Assembly (NCBI GenBank): GCA_012026655.1
Contig: JAAILG010001588.1
Span: 1-64,000 of the forward strand
Direction: 5' to 3'
Source: Hydrolagus affinis
Lineage: Eukaryota
Length of the DNA: 64,000 bases
Shown here: in pieces, positions 1-25,285 of the stretch
How the letters are laid out: each line of letters starts with the position of its first letter
How positions within the stretch are numbered: the stretch's first letter is position 1
The notes under the pieces: generated by a model
Databases searched by the model: none
What the model saw: only the letters and a program-made list of their open reading frames with translations
What the model was told of the DNA's origin: nothing
Program-made: the position numbers and the translations under genes

Positions 1-143
1 AGCCTGTGAATGGAGGAACTGGGGAGGCCAACGAGGAGAGAGTTACCATAGTCGAGCCTTGAGGTGATGTATGCGTGCACAAGTGTTTCGGCAGCGCGGG
101 GGTGAGGTAATTGCGGAGCCTGGCAATATTGCGCAGGTGGAAA
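1..143 (-). mobile_element. L2-clade LINE ORF2 fragment
   Basis: Reverse strand reads FHLRNIARLRNYL..AETLVHAYITSRLDYGNSLLVGLP (frameshifted), typical of L2 ORF2 C-terminus. Confidence 0.85.
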
Positions 144-407
144 TAATATTTAATATTTAATACACCTATATACAGTAGTTAGTAATGTTTTATTTCAACC
201 TTTCCATAAGAAATGCATATGAACTGCATTTATTTACCTTACACTGCATATATGTTTCAGCATATTATACTTTATATTGTATTATATTTGATTGGTGATG
301 CCTTGCCATTATGCTTAAAGGTACACATCAGTAATGTAACTTCAGAATGACAGAAATTAATATAAATTTGTTGATTAAATATTCTGCATCTTGTTTTATT
401 TATATAG

Positions 408-510
408 GCTCTTCAAATGACAAATTTCCAGACTTAACAGAGTTCAACATATTGCCTAAAGGTTCTTTGGATATTTTTCAGAACCAAATATGTAATAACA
501 AGTCCAAAGG
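408..510 (+). CDS. HFM1: HFM1 internal exon (SSNDKFPDLTEFNILPKGSLDIFQNQICNNKSK)
   Basis: ttatttatatag acceptor, GG|gtaagt donor, single open frame. Confidence 0.65.
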
Positions 511-1946
511 GTAAGTTATACAAAATAATAACCTACTACACTAATTACTCTAGATGTACATATCAATAATTATATACTTTTGTGTATCATTTTTAAATGA
601 AAAAAATAAGAATATTTACATTTATATACTGTACATACTTAGATGCACTCCATTTGGGGTTTTGGATGTGGTTATGTGAATATATTATTTTTTCCATAAT
701 TGTAAATTTTAATGTGGATTTAAGTGCATCTGAGAAACTGAGTAGATTGTGGGTAAGAAAACTGCCTTTTCAGCCTTTGGTAGCTGGATTCAAATATTGC
801 CTTGTTTGATATGTTAAAAATCTTTGCAAACTTAAAAGGGTAAGTGAAAATCTGTTTGGGTAATCGTCAGAATGGAAAATCGAATGAAAAATTGGAGAAG
901 AATTAAGAAGCAGTCTGTTAAGGGACTAAAACAAGAGTGTTCAAGTAAAACAAAATCTTTCATGCAATTTCATTCTTCTGTTATACATATGCGTATTTTA
1001 ATAAATGCTTTTGTTGATTTCATGGTGCTATACATCTACAAAGAATGGAACAACAATCCTTGAATTCCAAATTACCCTTAAACTCATCAGTTAGAGAAAC
1101 AGTAAGTTGTGACATAAAGATTAATCAAATACAACAGGCTGCTAACATAAAAAATAAGGAATTTCCTTCATAGTCTAAAAATTGTAAAGAATCCTAGAAT
1201 TGTCTGTCAATGTTCTAATGTATATAAGATGCTTAATGGGATAGAGAAAGCAAATCCAGAATAGGACTTGGCAGCAAGACAAAGGGACACAAATTAATTG
1301 TTGTAAAGAACAATTTAAGACTGACATCAAGAAATATTTAATTACACAAAGGGATTAAGTAATCAATATCTGAAACAAAAAATGTGATATTTTTTAACCA
1401 AAAATACTCCCTGAAGAATGAATCATTTAACTTTTTATCAAATAAAGACATTAAATGTAACAGGGTATATGCTGTACATCAAGACTCCACACATAGATTT
1501 AGATGTAAAAACAATTTAAAAAAGATATAATTCCATAAATGTTTTAATCATTTATAAAAAAATGTTTAACATTGTATTATTAAAGATGTTTAACTTTGTA
1601 CTGCAGCCCACTTTCCCTGGAACTATTGATCACACAAATCATGTGAACAGCTCAGAAGAATTTCTGACCTCTACATCTTGCCACCTAAATTCATTGAATG
1701 CTACCAAAGGCAGTGGGCCCTTAAATTGTTTCTACCAGTATAATACTGAAACAGGATCCAGGTGGGATTTTAGTATTTAATAAAAAAAATTAGGATGAAA
1801 ACTAGTAAAATAATTAAGCAATGCACCTGAGCAAGTCTGAATTTTAATTATTACATTATTTTGCATTTGACTCTTTTGTCTATTTCAGATGTCCTTCAGA
1901 AGAAGAATGTAATGCCTTCATTGGCATATTTGATGGTATATTTTAG
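408..1946 (+). CDS. HFM1: HFM1 (MER3-like meiotic helicase), 3' end: last four coding exons 408-510, 1044-1101, 1607-1761, 1889-1946
   Basis: AG/GT-bounded exons chain in frame (phases 1-2, 2-0, 0-2, 2-stop). The C-terminus CPSEEECNAFIGIFDGIF* matches the recalled vertebrate HFM1 end (..GIFDGIF). HFM1 neighbours CDC7 in mammals. Confidence 0.8.
1044..1101 (+). CDS. HFM1: HFM1 internal exon (MEQQSLNSKLPLNSSVRET)
   Basis: Weak aag acceptor and ACA|gtaagt donor. Supplies the phase 2-to-0 link needed between the flanking exons. Confidence 0.5.
1220..1375 (+). mobile_element. Degenerate CR1 LINE 3' fragment
   Basis: Decayed YKML.G.EK.NP / TKGH / FKTDIKKY..TQR pattern of CR1 ORF2 end. Confidence 0.55.
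1607..1761 (+). CDS. HFM1: HFM1 penultimate exon (PTFPGTIDHTNH...NTETGS)
   Basis: ctgcag acceptor, AG|gtggga donor, part of ORF 1562-1780. Confidence 0.65.
1889..1946 (+). CDS. HFM1: HFM1 last coding exon (CPSEEECNAFIGIFDGIF*)
   Basis: Pyrimidine tract plus tttcag acceptor, conserved GIFDGIF C-terminus, TAG at 1944-1946. Confidence 0.85.
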
Positions 1947-2280
1947 AATATCTTTCACTCAATTAAACTACAACCTTTGGAACAACAAATATGTTTGAGT
2001 GTTATATGGCAGAGGAGTGTAACTATTTACCCCTTTTTCAGAAAGTAGGGATTAACCTTTGCTGATTGCTAAATTAAATTTATCCCCACAATGTTACAAA
2101 ATTTGAAAAATCCATTATGAATACCTATTGAAAAGTTCACAATTTTTAGTGGTAAACGTAGGTTAGTTTCCAATATTAAAGTTAGAACAAATTTTAAAGC
2201 AGTCTGTTATATTTTAAATGCATAAGATACCTTTTGCTTGATTTCTAAAGTGATTGTAACATATTTTCCTGGGTGTTCAA

Positions 2281-2286
2281 AATAAA
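2281..2286 (+). terminator. Candidate HFM1 polyadenylation signal AATAAA
   Basis: First canonical hexamer seen downstream of the HFM1 stop, about 335 nt away. Confidence 0.4.
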
Positions 2287-2687
2287 CAATTTTCTGAGTT
2301 GAAACGATGAGTAATATAATTTATTAAACAATTGTTTTGTTATGGTAAAACAATAACTTTGGTCAGATGGTGAGAAGGAACAATTTATTTCCAGAGTAGC
2401 TAATGCAAAGGGATTTGGGTTGATAGCAGCAGTTAATGGGAAACAATGTGTTCCTTACACTGTAGGGAAAACCATTACATGAGTCAATCAGACATTCCCA
2501 CATAAATAAGACCTCCTGACCAGTTGCATATTGTCATTGGTGGAAGTCTAGATTTTACACAATTTATCTTCTCAGTTAGAAGATAGTGTTGCAGCTTGGA
2601 GTAGAGATAAATTTCCTCCAAGGAGCTTTCAACTAGAAATGTTCAAGAAAGAGTTGACGAAGCCACCACCAAATTAAGTGCATTCGT

Positions 2688-2973
2688 GGAGTCCTGTAGC
2701 TCAGTGGTTAGAGCATTCGCTTTGCAAGCAAAAGACCTGGGTTCGATTCCAGGCTGGGCGAAACCTTGGGCAAGTTTCCTTACGCCTGATAATAATCCCT
2801 CAAGAAAAAAAGGGATTTGAATCCACGACTGTGGAACACTACTGTATGCAATTGGCTGCCGAGTTTCTCCGGCAAATATTGCAGTCAGTTAACTTTACGG
2901 TGTATTCTGTGATGCTCTTTGAGACGTCCAGAAGACGTGATAAGGCACTGTTTCAAATGCAAGGATTATTATT
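2688..2973 (+). mobile_element. tRNA-derived SINE, full length
   Basis: A box TAGCTCAGTGG, B box GGTTCGATTCC, Deu-like core (gcaattggctgcc), L2-type tail, (ATT)n end. Confidence 0.9.
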
Positions 2974-3179
2974 GTGTCAATCGTCTCGAGAGTATTTTGA
3001 GCGACAGTAATTTAGGAATGTGGGGGAAAGGAAGGAGGTTTTACTGCATAACCCGATAGGGTTATTATTATTATTATGTTATTTTTCTTTTTTTTAAAAT
3101 AATTATTTTGAAAATGATATTTTATACACTGTGTGTACTACTGTACATAAATATATCCCCATTAAATTTTCAGTGTGGT

Positions 3180-3449
3180 TGCAAAGCCCTGTAGGTGGCG
3201 TCGTGAGCATGAGGGTGGAAGCCGCCCCGGAACCTGTATGAACACAGCAGAGCGCAGGTTAACGCTGTGGCCGTTGTGAGTTGGATGCTGATTCCGGGGC
3301 GGTCGGGAGGCGGGGCGGAGGGAGGTTACTCGGGGAGACGGGGAGACAGTCTGTTGGCGGGAACCTGGCCGTGGAGTCGGCGCCGCCGGACATGGTTATG
3401 GCCTTCAAATAAACAGGAGCACCCTAATGCCGGGTTTAATTTTTTCATG
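3180..3449 (+). promoter_or_regulatory. CDC7: CDC7 CpG-rich promoter and probable first exon (donor ATG|gtaaga at 3449/3450)
   Basis: GC/CpG-rich island upstream of CDC7. Contains a GC box GGGGCGGAG at 3312-3320, an E2F-type TTGGCGGGAA at 3354-3363, a CHR-like TTCAAA at 3404-3409 and a CTCF-like CCTGTAGGTGGCGTC at 3188-3202. Confidence 0.7.
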
Positions 3450-3708
3450 GTAAGACGCTCTCTTGGACACACTAGTCACTACATATGGCCCGCTGGACAC
3501 TGTCGGTTGCTCTCGTGCCTTTTTGAAGTTGTGTGTGTGTGTATGTGGTACAAAGCTGAGGAGGCAAAGGTTAGGCCATCACCTCGACACAGGCCCTTCT
3601 TATTGCAGGTCACTGCGGCTTCTCCGTTGACTTCTCACTCCACTCCCGATGTAAGGTTAGCAGCTTTACTCGAGAGGGGGAGAAATGGCTTCAGGAGAAC
3701 ACGGTTCT

Positions 3709-4033
3709 GGAGCTCCTGCAGCTCCGCGGTTAGAGCACTCGCCTTACAAGCGTGAGACCAGTGTTCGAATCCAGGCAAGGCAGGTCAGGGCGAAACCTTG
3801 GGCAAGTTTCCTTACTCCACACGCCTAGTAATAATCCGTCAAGAGTATATTTAAAAAAATAATAAATTGGTCTCTTCAATCCACTACTGTTTCTGGGATA
3901 CTGCTGTGTGCAATTGGCTGCTGCGTTTCACCCACAAATATACAGTCAATTCACTTTATAATGTATTCTATGAAGCGCTTTGAGAGGTCAAGATGACGTG
4001 AAAAACGCTATATCAAATGCAAGAATTATTATT
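3709..4033 (+). mobile_element. tRNA-derived SINE, full length
   Basis: Same family as 2688-2973. Confidence 0.9.
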
Positions 4034-4337
4034 CTGACAGAGAAATAACGCTAGTTGCCTGTGACGCCAAATTAACACCTGGTCTTTTGTTGGAGGTATC
4101 TGCAAAAAAAACATACCTTTAAAAAAAGAAACATTAAAGTCATAAAGTGTAGGAATTGGGAAAGATCTACCGGTAACTGGTCAAATGTTTTTAAAGAAAC
4201 AAAAAACGTGACGCAAAATGTGACTGGATGACGAGTTTGATCACTTGAAATAATGTCCTCCCACACTATTATTATTTATCTTGGAAAATTGTTGTCAAGG
4301 GAGATTGTCTCATTGTCAACACTCTTTCAAGAATGGT

Positions 4338-4690
4338 AATAATAATAATCCTTGCATTTGATATAGCGCTTTGCACATCTTCAAGACATCTCAAAGCACT
4401 TCACAGAATGTAAACTGCAATACAGTAAAAGCCAGTAAAAAACCGGCATCAAAAAAAAGGTCCGCATTCGATTAACTGGAATTTATCCGGGAAAATGCAT
4501 TGAAATTATTCTTTTTTTTGCGTTTTCGGCCGAATATCCAGCAGGCAATTTAACCGGCATTGGCCAGGTGCCGGATAAACAGGCTTTTACTGTACTGTAA
4601 AGTGAATTGATTATATATACATGGGTGAAACATGGCAGCCAATTGTGCACAGCAGTCGTCCCACAAACAGTCACAGATTGAATTGACTAG
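4338..4690 (-). mobile_element. SINE 3' half interrupted by a MITE
   Basis: Tail at 4338-4420, core resumes at 4593. Confidence 0.85.
4423..4592. mobile_element. Short pogo/Tigger-type MITE
   Basis: TIRs CAGTAAAAGCC...GGCTTTTACTG, TA on both sides, ends homologous to the element at 13161-13892. Confidence 0.8.
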
Positions 4691-4974
4691 TTCTTGTTTT
4701 TTTTCTTAAGCGATAAGATCAGAAATTCCTTCACTTTCTCGGATATTACGAAGCAGGACCAATCTTTTAAAAAAAAATCCTGTAGGCAAACATTGAGTGC
4801 TGCTACACAAGTAACCAATCAAGTTAGTATTTTATATTTAGCTGAATTCAACAATGATCTCCATGATCAGAAACAATAACGGAACAGAGAATTCCCCAGG
4901 GCCAATGTTAATATTGGAATAGGGGGAGGAGGGAGAGAAATCACTATGCTGAAGTTGGTGGGTGTTAAATAGTA

Positions 4975-5432
4975 ATAATAATACCAGTACTTGCATTTGT
5001 AATAATAATAATCCTTGCATTTCATGTAGTGTCTTATCACTTCGTACTTACCTTTCAAAACACATCACAGCATTGCCTTACTCCCTCCCTTGCTTTCTTC
5101 AAGGCCAGTGTCAAGACCTTCCTTTTCCTCATCCCAGCCCTGCCCGCCCCCCCACCCACCCATGCACGGTGGCCCCTGACTGTTGAGGGCCTTGGGACAC
5201 CCTGCCAACGTGAAAGGCACTTTATAAATGTAATTTTGTTCTTGGATGTTGTACAGTGGATTTTGTGGGCGAAACATGGCAGCCAATGGTGCACACCACT
5301 ATCCCACAAACACAAAATCCCACATTCATGGATTGAATAACCAAATTTTTTTTAACCCCAGAAAATGATCCGGGAATCAACACCGCTAGTTAAACAGAAG
5401 GTGAGTGCACTAACCGCTACACCACAGAATTC
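4975..5432 (-). mobile_element. Degenerate SINE (minus) with an L2 3' end (plus, ~5075-5243) nested inside
   Basis: SINE tail 4975-5045, L2 tail ...gtgaaaggcactttataaatgtaa, SINE core and head 5250-5432. Confidence 0.75.
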
Positions 5433-6194
5433 CATGAAATATATTTTATTTGGTACCTTTCACATCTAAAGTGCTTCACAGTAACTAAAATATAGTGACA
5501 TATGTAGCTGAAATTGATTTTTTACAGTAGGTTTTGTACGCATACTGACTCACATTTCCCTAGAAAAAACACAGTCACTAGACTTTGAACAAATAATAAT
5601 ACATGCAATCGTTCCTGATTGTTTTATTAATTTCGACTAAGTGGTCATGTGTATCCAAATATTGTATTTGGATAAAAGTCCTAGCATAATTCGAAGGTGA
5701 TAATTCAAACCATTATGTAGGATTAGACAGTTAACATTAAACTCTGGCTGGGAATTCCTGCATACTTGCTGGCACAGTACTTTTCCAGATTTGGCTGTTC
5801 CAGATCAGCTCCCAGATGTCCCCACCGTTAAACTTAATGGACCCATTTGGCACAACTAGTTCCTCTCTTAACAGATTTAACCAGATCGATCTAATGCAGG
5901 AGGAGTCAGGTCCCGTTTGTATTAAATGGGTTTGTTGCTTCAGGACAAATATATACTGTGCCTAAGATTTTTTTCCTCTCTATCTAGGGGAATACTTTGT
6001 TTAAGTTTGCTGCTTTGTGTATTTTTTTTATATATATAACATCTGCATATGATATAACTAGTATCAAATGTATTTTTGGCGGGCCTCCAAAATCCCTTTG
6101 GGCTTTTCTGTGCCTCCAGATTTCATTTCATTGTTTTTAAGGAAGGAATTTCATGGATTTCAAGACTCTTGATTGCTTAGATGTGCTGCAGTAG

Positions 6195-6562
6195 GTGGGA
6201 TGATCTCATGTAAACCTGTAAAGTTTGTGTGGTGCAGTAAATGGGAAAACAATTGTTCCACTTCTCAAACCTGGACTTGATTCCAGCCAAGACCAACGGG
6301 GTAAACATTTTTTTCTCTCTAATGGTGCTGTGTGAAATGAGTTCTGGCTGTTTCAACCAAGTCCTAGTGGTTGTGGATTCTGAGCACAAACTTCCCTAAT
6401 TTAGCACTTGTTGGCAATCTCACTAAAAACAGGACCAAGTACATCTCTTATGGGAAATGGAAAAATCTCACACTGGTACAGCAGGAGAATTATTCTGAGG
6501 CTGGAAAAATGGGGAAAGGGACTTCATCCTGACTGCACTTCATCGAGTACTTGTGCTGTGGG
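6195..6562 (+). mobile_element. LF-SINE-like relic
   Basis: Collinear blocks agtaaatggga..., ttgattccagccaag, tgtgaaatgagtt, gtcctagtgg, ctaatttagcacttgttggcaatctca resemble the recalled LF-SINE consensus. Confidence 0.6.
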
Positions 6563-7885
6563 AAAGCACACGTCCAAAGCTATCTTTTTCCTTGACCACA
6601 GAAGTTCAACTTTTTTAATTAAAAAAAACAATCTGACTCCTCCCAAAACTGTTTTTTTTTGGTTCTGGCAGATGTTTCAACGTAATGTGTTTTCAATTCA
6701 TACTGTTAGCCATGACATTTTTTTTAAGTACGCCTGCAGTTAATATAAGACTTGACCGGAACTTTATGGCATACCACCACTCCTTATAACACAAATTACT
6801 AACAGCCCTAAGGAAAATGTCTTGATCCAAGCAGTGGCCTCTCTTGATGAGCTAGATATGCGTTTATTTTGGTTCAATGGTGAAAAATTATCTTTAATTT
6901 TTTAAAAGTAAATATGATTAATATCTAATCTATGTGGTACTGACTTGATTGCAAATGTGTAACTATGCCCAAACAAAGGCCAGACATCACATTTGTATTC
7001 ATTATTGTGTTTTTTAAACTTGGGCAAAAGGGTAACTTTTTTATGCCTGTTAAGCCAAAAGTAGTAAATGTGTGTGTTTTAGTGATGCTGTATTTGTTGC
7101 GGAAAAATGATTGTTTCCAGATTTAGGAAATATGTAGACATTGTTTAATAGTATACTATAGCTTAGCCCAAATTTATTAATTCTTAGATTTTCAAAATTT
7201 CTTTAAGATGAAAAAAGGCTAATGTTCTACCGAATCAACAAGCATTGGAAGTATTAATCATTTGTACGGTATTTCTTTTTTTACACTGTTACACAAATTC
7301 ACAATTTTACAGTAATACAACATGGATTCTAGATATAACTGTATAGCTGTTGGATGGTACCATGATTGGACTTGGTTGTGATGCCCCTGCCAATATTCGC
7401 TGTGAAGCTTATGCATGATTAATGGAAACTTGTAATGCGGTTACTGGAGATTTCATGTTGCCTGTAGAACCGTACTCTGGTGGATGGTAACAAAAAAGTT
7501 AAATGCTTTCAGGGGGCGGGTAAATTGAACGGGGGAAACTGAAGTACTAAAGCTGTCAAAAAGGGAGGATTTATTTGTCTCAATAAAATAAAACATTGTG
7601 TTGCAATGTTCTCAAGAGTTGAGAGATCCCTGGCAGTGTTGAAGACTATTTTTTGATCAAGCCATAATATGGATTAACAAGGATGCCGTTATGGAAAATA
7701 TCTGCAAAGTAAGCTATATGATGTGTACACTTTTCTAATATTGTAGATTTTGGACATCAAATTATCTTCTCAGTTAGAAAATAATGTTGCGGCTTGGAGA
7801 TGAAGTAAATTTTCTGCATGGAGCTTTCAACCATGGACGTTAGAAAGAGAGATGACGAGGCCACCACCAAATCAAGTGCATTTGT

Positions 7886-8312
7886 GGAGTCCTGTAGCTC
7901 AGTGATTAGAGCACTCGCCTCACAAGCGAGAATTCATTTGAATTCCCGACAGGGCGTAATATTGGGCAAGTTTCCTTAATCCACACGCTTCTGTATACAG
8001 TAAGTAGGAACCCGGTTGTTAGTCGATTTGCAGATCACGTTTTATGGGGTAATAATTCCTTTTTTTTTAATCAATCACTCAATCCATAATTGTTTATAGG
8101 ATACTGTTGTGCGCAATCAACTACAAGAAAATTACATTTATACATGTCGGGAGGACATTCCAGGTTGCTGAACAGTCAGAGGTTGGGACCGTATTTTCAC
8201 CATGTTTTGCCCACACATATGCAGTCAACTCACTTTACAGTATATTTTGTGAAGCACTTTGAGATGTCTAGACAACGTGAAAAGCACTACATGAAATGCA
8301 AGGATTATTATA
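7886..8312 (+). mobile_element. tRNA-derived SINE with two internal insertions (one an inverted L2 tail, ~8118-8190)
   Basis: Head, core and tail blocks of the family separated by foreign sequence. Confidence 0.8.
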
Positions 8313-8481
8313 TATAAACACAATGGTTTGAGGCAAATTTGTTTTAATATCATGAAATAAGCCAATTTAAAAAACAATTGAGAGGAATTCCAGTCGGATA
8401 TATGCCAGTCAAAACGATCTTGAGAGATGATGTGCATCCTAAGAAGAGCACAATTTTGTTTTAAATTTAAAACTTCCCACA

Positions 8482-8770
8482 TCCTCTCCCGCACCAAGCT
8501 TCATGCCCCTATCACCCGCAATCTGTCCTGAATCCGCTGGCATCCCATTACTCAGGATTCAATTCGAGATCTTGGTCCTCACCTTTAAAGCCCTCTATGA
8601 TCTTGCCACACCCTACCTCTGCAACCTCCTGAGACCCACCTCTGCGACCTAAGCCCCTACCAACCTGTCCACTCCCTCCGCTCAGGCTCCAGGCTGGTCC
8701 ATGTTCCCTGACCCATCCGTCCCAACATCAGTGGGCGAGCCTGCCCCCTTCCTTTGGAATCCCTCCGCCT
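8482..8770 (+). mobile_element. L2 LINE ORF2 3' fragment
   Basis: Decayed RIQFEILVLTFKALYDLATPYL.NLL. Confidence 0.75.
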
Positions 8771-10503
8771 TTGTGCCAAAACAGATGGTTTTGTAATCAT
8801 GCCTAACGGTTAATCAGCGTTGCAATGGCAGAGGCTTGGAGGCAGGTAATCTGTCCTCGGCTGAGCACTGATTGTGCTGATGAACATTAAAAAACACAGT
8901 GTTATCAGTGAGTGGTGGAATGCTCACTGGGTTAGCATATTATTCTTTCAACTTTGGAATGTGGAGTAGAATTCAGCCAAGGGTGATGGAACGAAAGTCT
9001 CAGTTTTCTCAGTTAGAACAAAATGTATTTGGTTGGTATCATCTCCCCAAATTGCCAGTGGCAACCAGAAAGACGAAAAAGGAAATATTGTATAAAATGT
9101 AATTCCTGCAAATCCAGTAGGAGGAGCTCTGGAGTTGGAGCAGATGACTGAGGCAGCAAAGAGAGATTTAATCTGTATATTGTTTTATCTGCATTGGAAA
9201 TATTGAATTGTAGGTAAAATTGTGCTATCTCTCGCTTCTAATCAGGGTCAGGTTAAACTGTCTTTCATATTTCCAGTTGTATACCACCTGCAAGATGTAC
9301 TGAGCTGTGCTCAAATTTTCATCTTTAAAGATTCTACTGTAAGACAAGCCAAATGTTTACATAGATTATTCTGTTCTTGGAAAAATATGCCTCCTGTATC
9401 TTTCAGACAGGTTGAATGACCATCAGCTCACTCTATTTACAATCTATTCTATTTACTCTGCATTGGAAACAGCAGGAAATAAAACAGATTATATTTCAGA
9501 GAGTCCAGCTGCTACAGCACTGAGTCTCTAGGGTAGCCAAGTTCAACTCCCAGTCTCAACTGACCACTGTATTTCATTTTCCCTATATGGACCAGTTTGT
9601 CCTTTGCCGCCAGGCCATCTGCGGAAGAGGGAAATGGGTACAGAAGGATGAATTTCAGAACTGCTCGTGGCCAGAAAATTTCCGGTGCAGGTCACAGGGA
9701 GTGATTCATGAGTTGAGTTTTGCAGTCTATAGAGAGTGAATCATGAATTCAGTTTAAATGTAATCCCTTTTCCTCCTGCCCAAGAGAATTGGTGCTGCAG
9801 AAACGTGCTAAATTAACTGAGTATCAAGGATAACCAGAATGTTTTGTTGGGAGGTAACCTGGATGCAGTGGAATCCATGATGCATTATCTCTCTAATAGG
9901 ACCAGATCGATGTTTGTGTTCTTTTTTGCATCCTATTTAATTTTCCTTCAATTAACCACAATATAGATAGAAATCATGCTCTCGTGAAGGCACTGTACTG
10001 TAAACTACTTAAATTAATGCGCCACCGAAAGTATTGCTAAAATAAATGTTTTTGAATGTCTTTGTATTGCTTTCAGAATGATTGTTTTAAAAGTAATTGG
10101 GAATGAAGAAGGCATCAGGCAATGGTCCATTAAGATTCCTGTGCTATGAGAGTCTCTTAGGCTGTAATTCTAGCAATGTTGTACCAATACAAAACATGCA
10201 TTGTGCCAGAGAATAAAACTGATTTCTCATTCCCAGAAACCGCTTTTCATTTACAGCAAAGAAAACTACAACAAAATCACATCCATACACTACAGTATAG
10301 TGCTTTTCACGTTCTGAATAATCTGCAACTTCTGGAGAGGGAAATGTTGAAGTCCAGTGAGCAGGGAATTAACGTAGTTCAGCCTAGATGTAATGAATGT
10401 GCAAACCAAAAATAGTATTATATTGAGCTAAATAAATAAACCCATTCCATGTTTACCTTTAGTTTTTACTGTAAACTTTATGTTCTTTTTACAGAAAAAT
10501 ACC

Positions 10504-25285
<14,782 letters not shown>

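Noticed and set aside
2688-2760. tRNA-like sequences with A/B boxes and a TAC- or TGC-like anticodon loop (also at 3709, 33604, 53073)
   Set aside because: Each continues into the SINE body and lacks a proper acceptor stem; these are SINE heads, not tRNA genes
3267-3755. 162-aa ORF over the CpG island
   Set aside because: GTG start, crosses a splice donor and runs into a SINE; an artefact of GC-rich sequence
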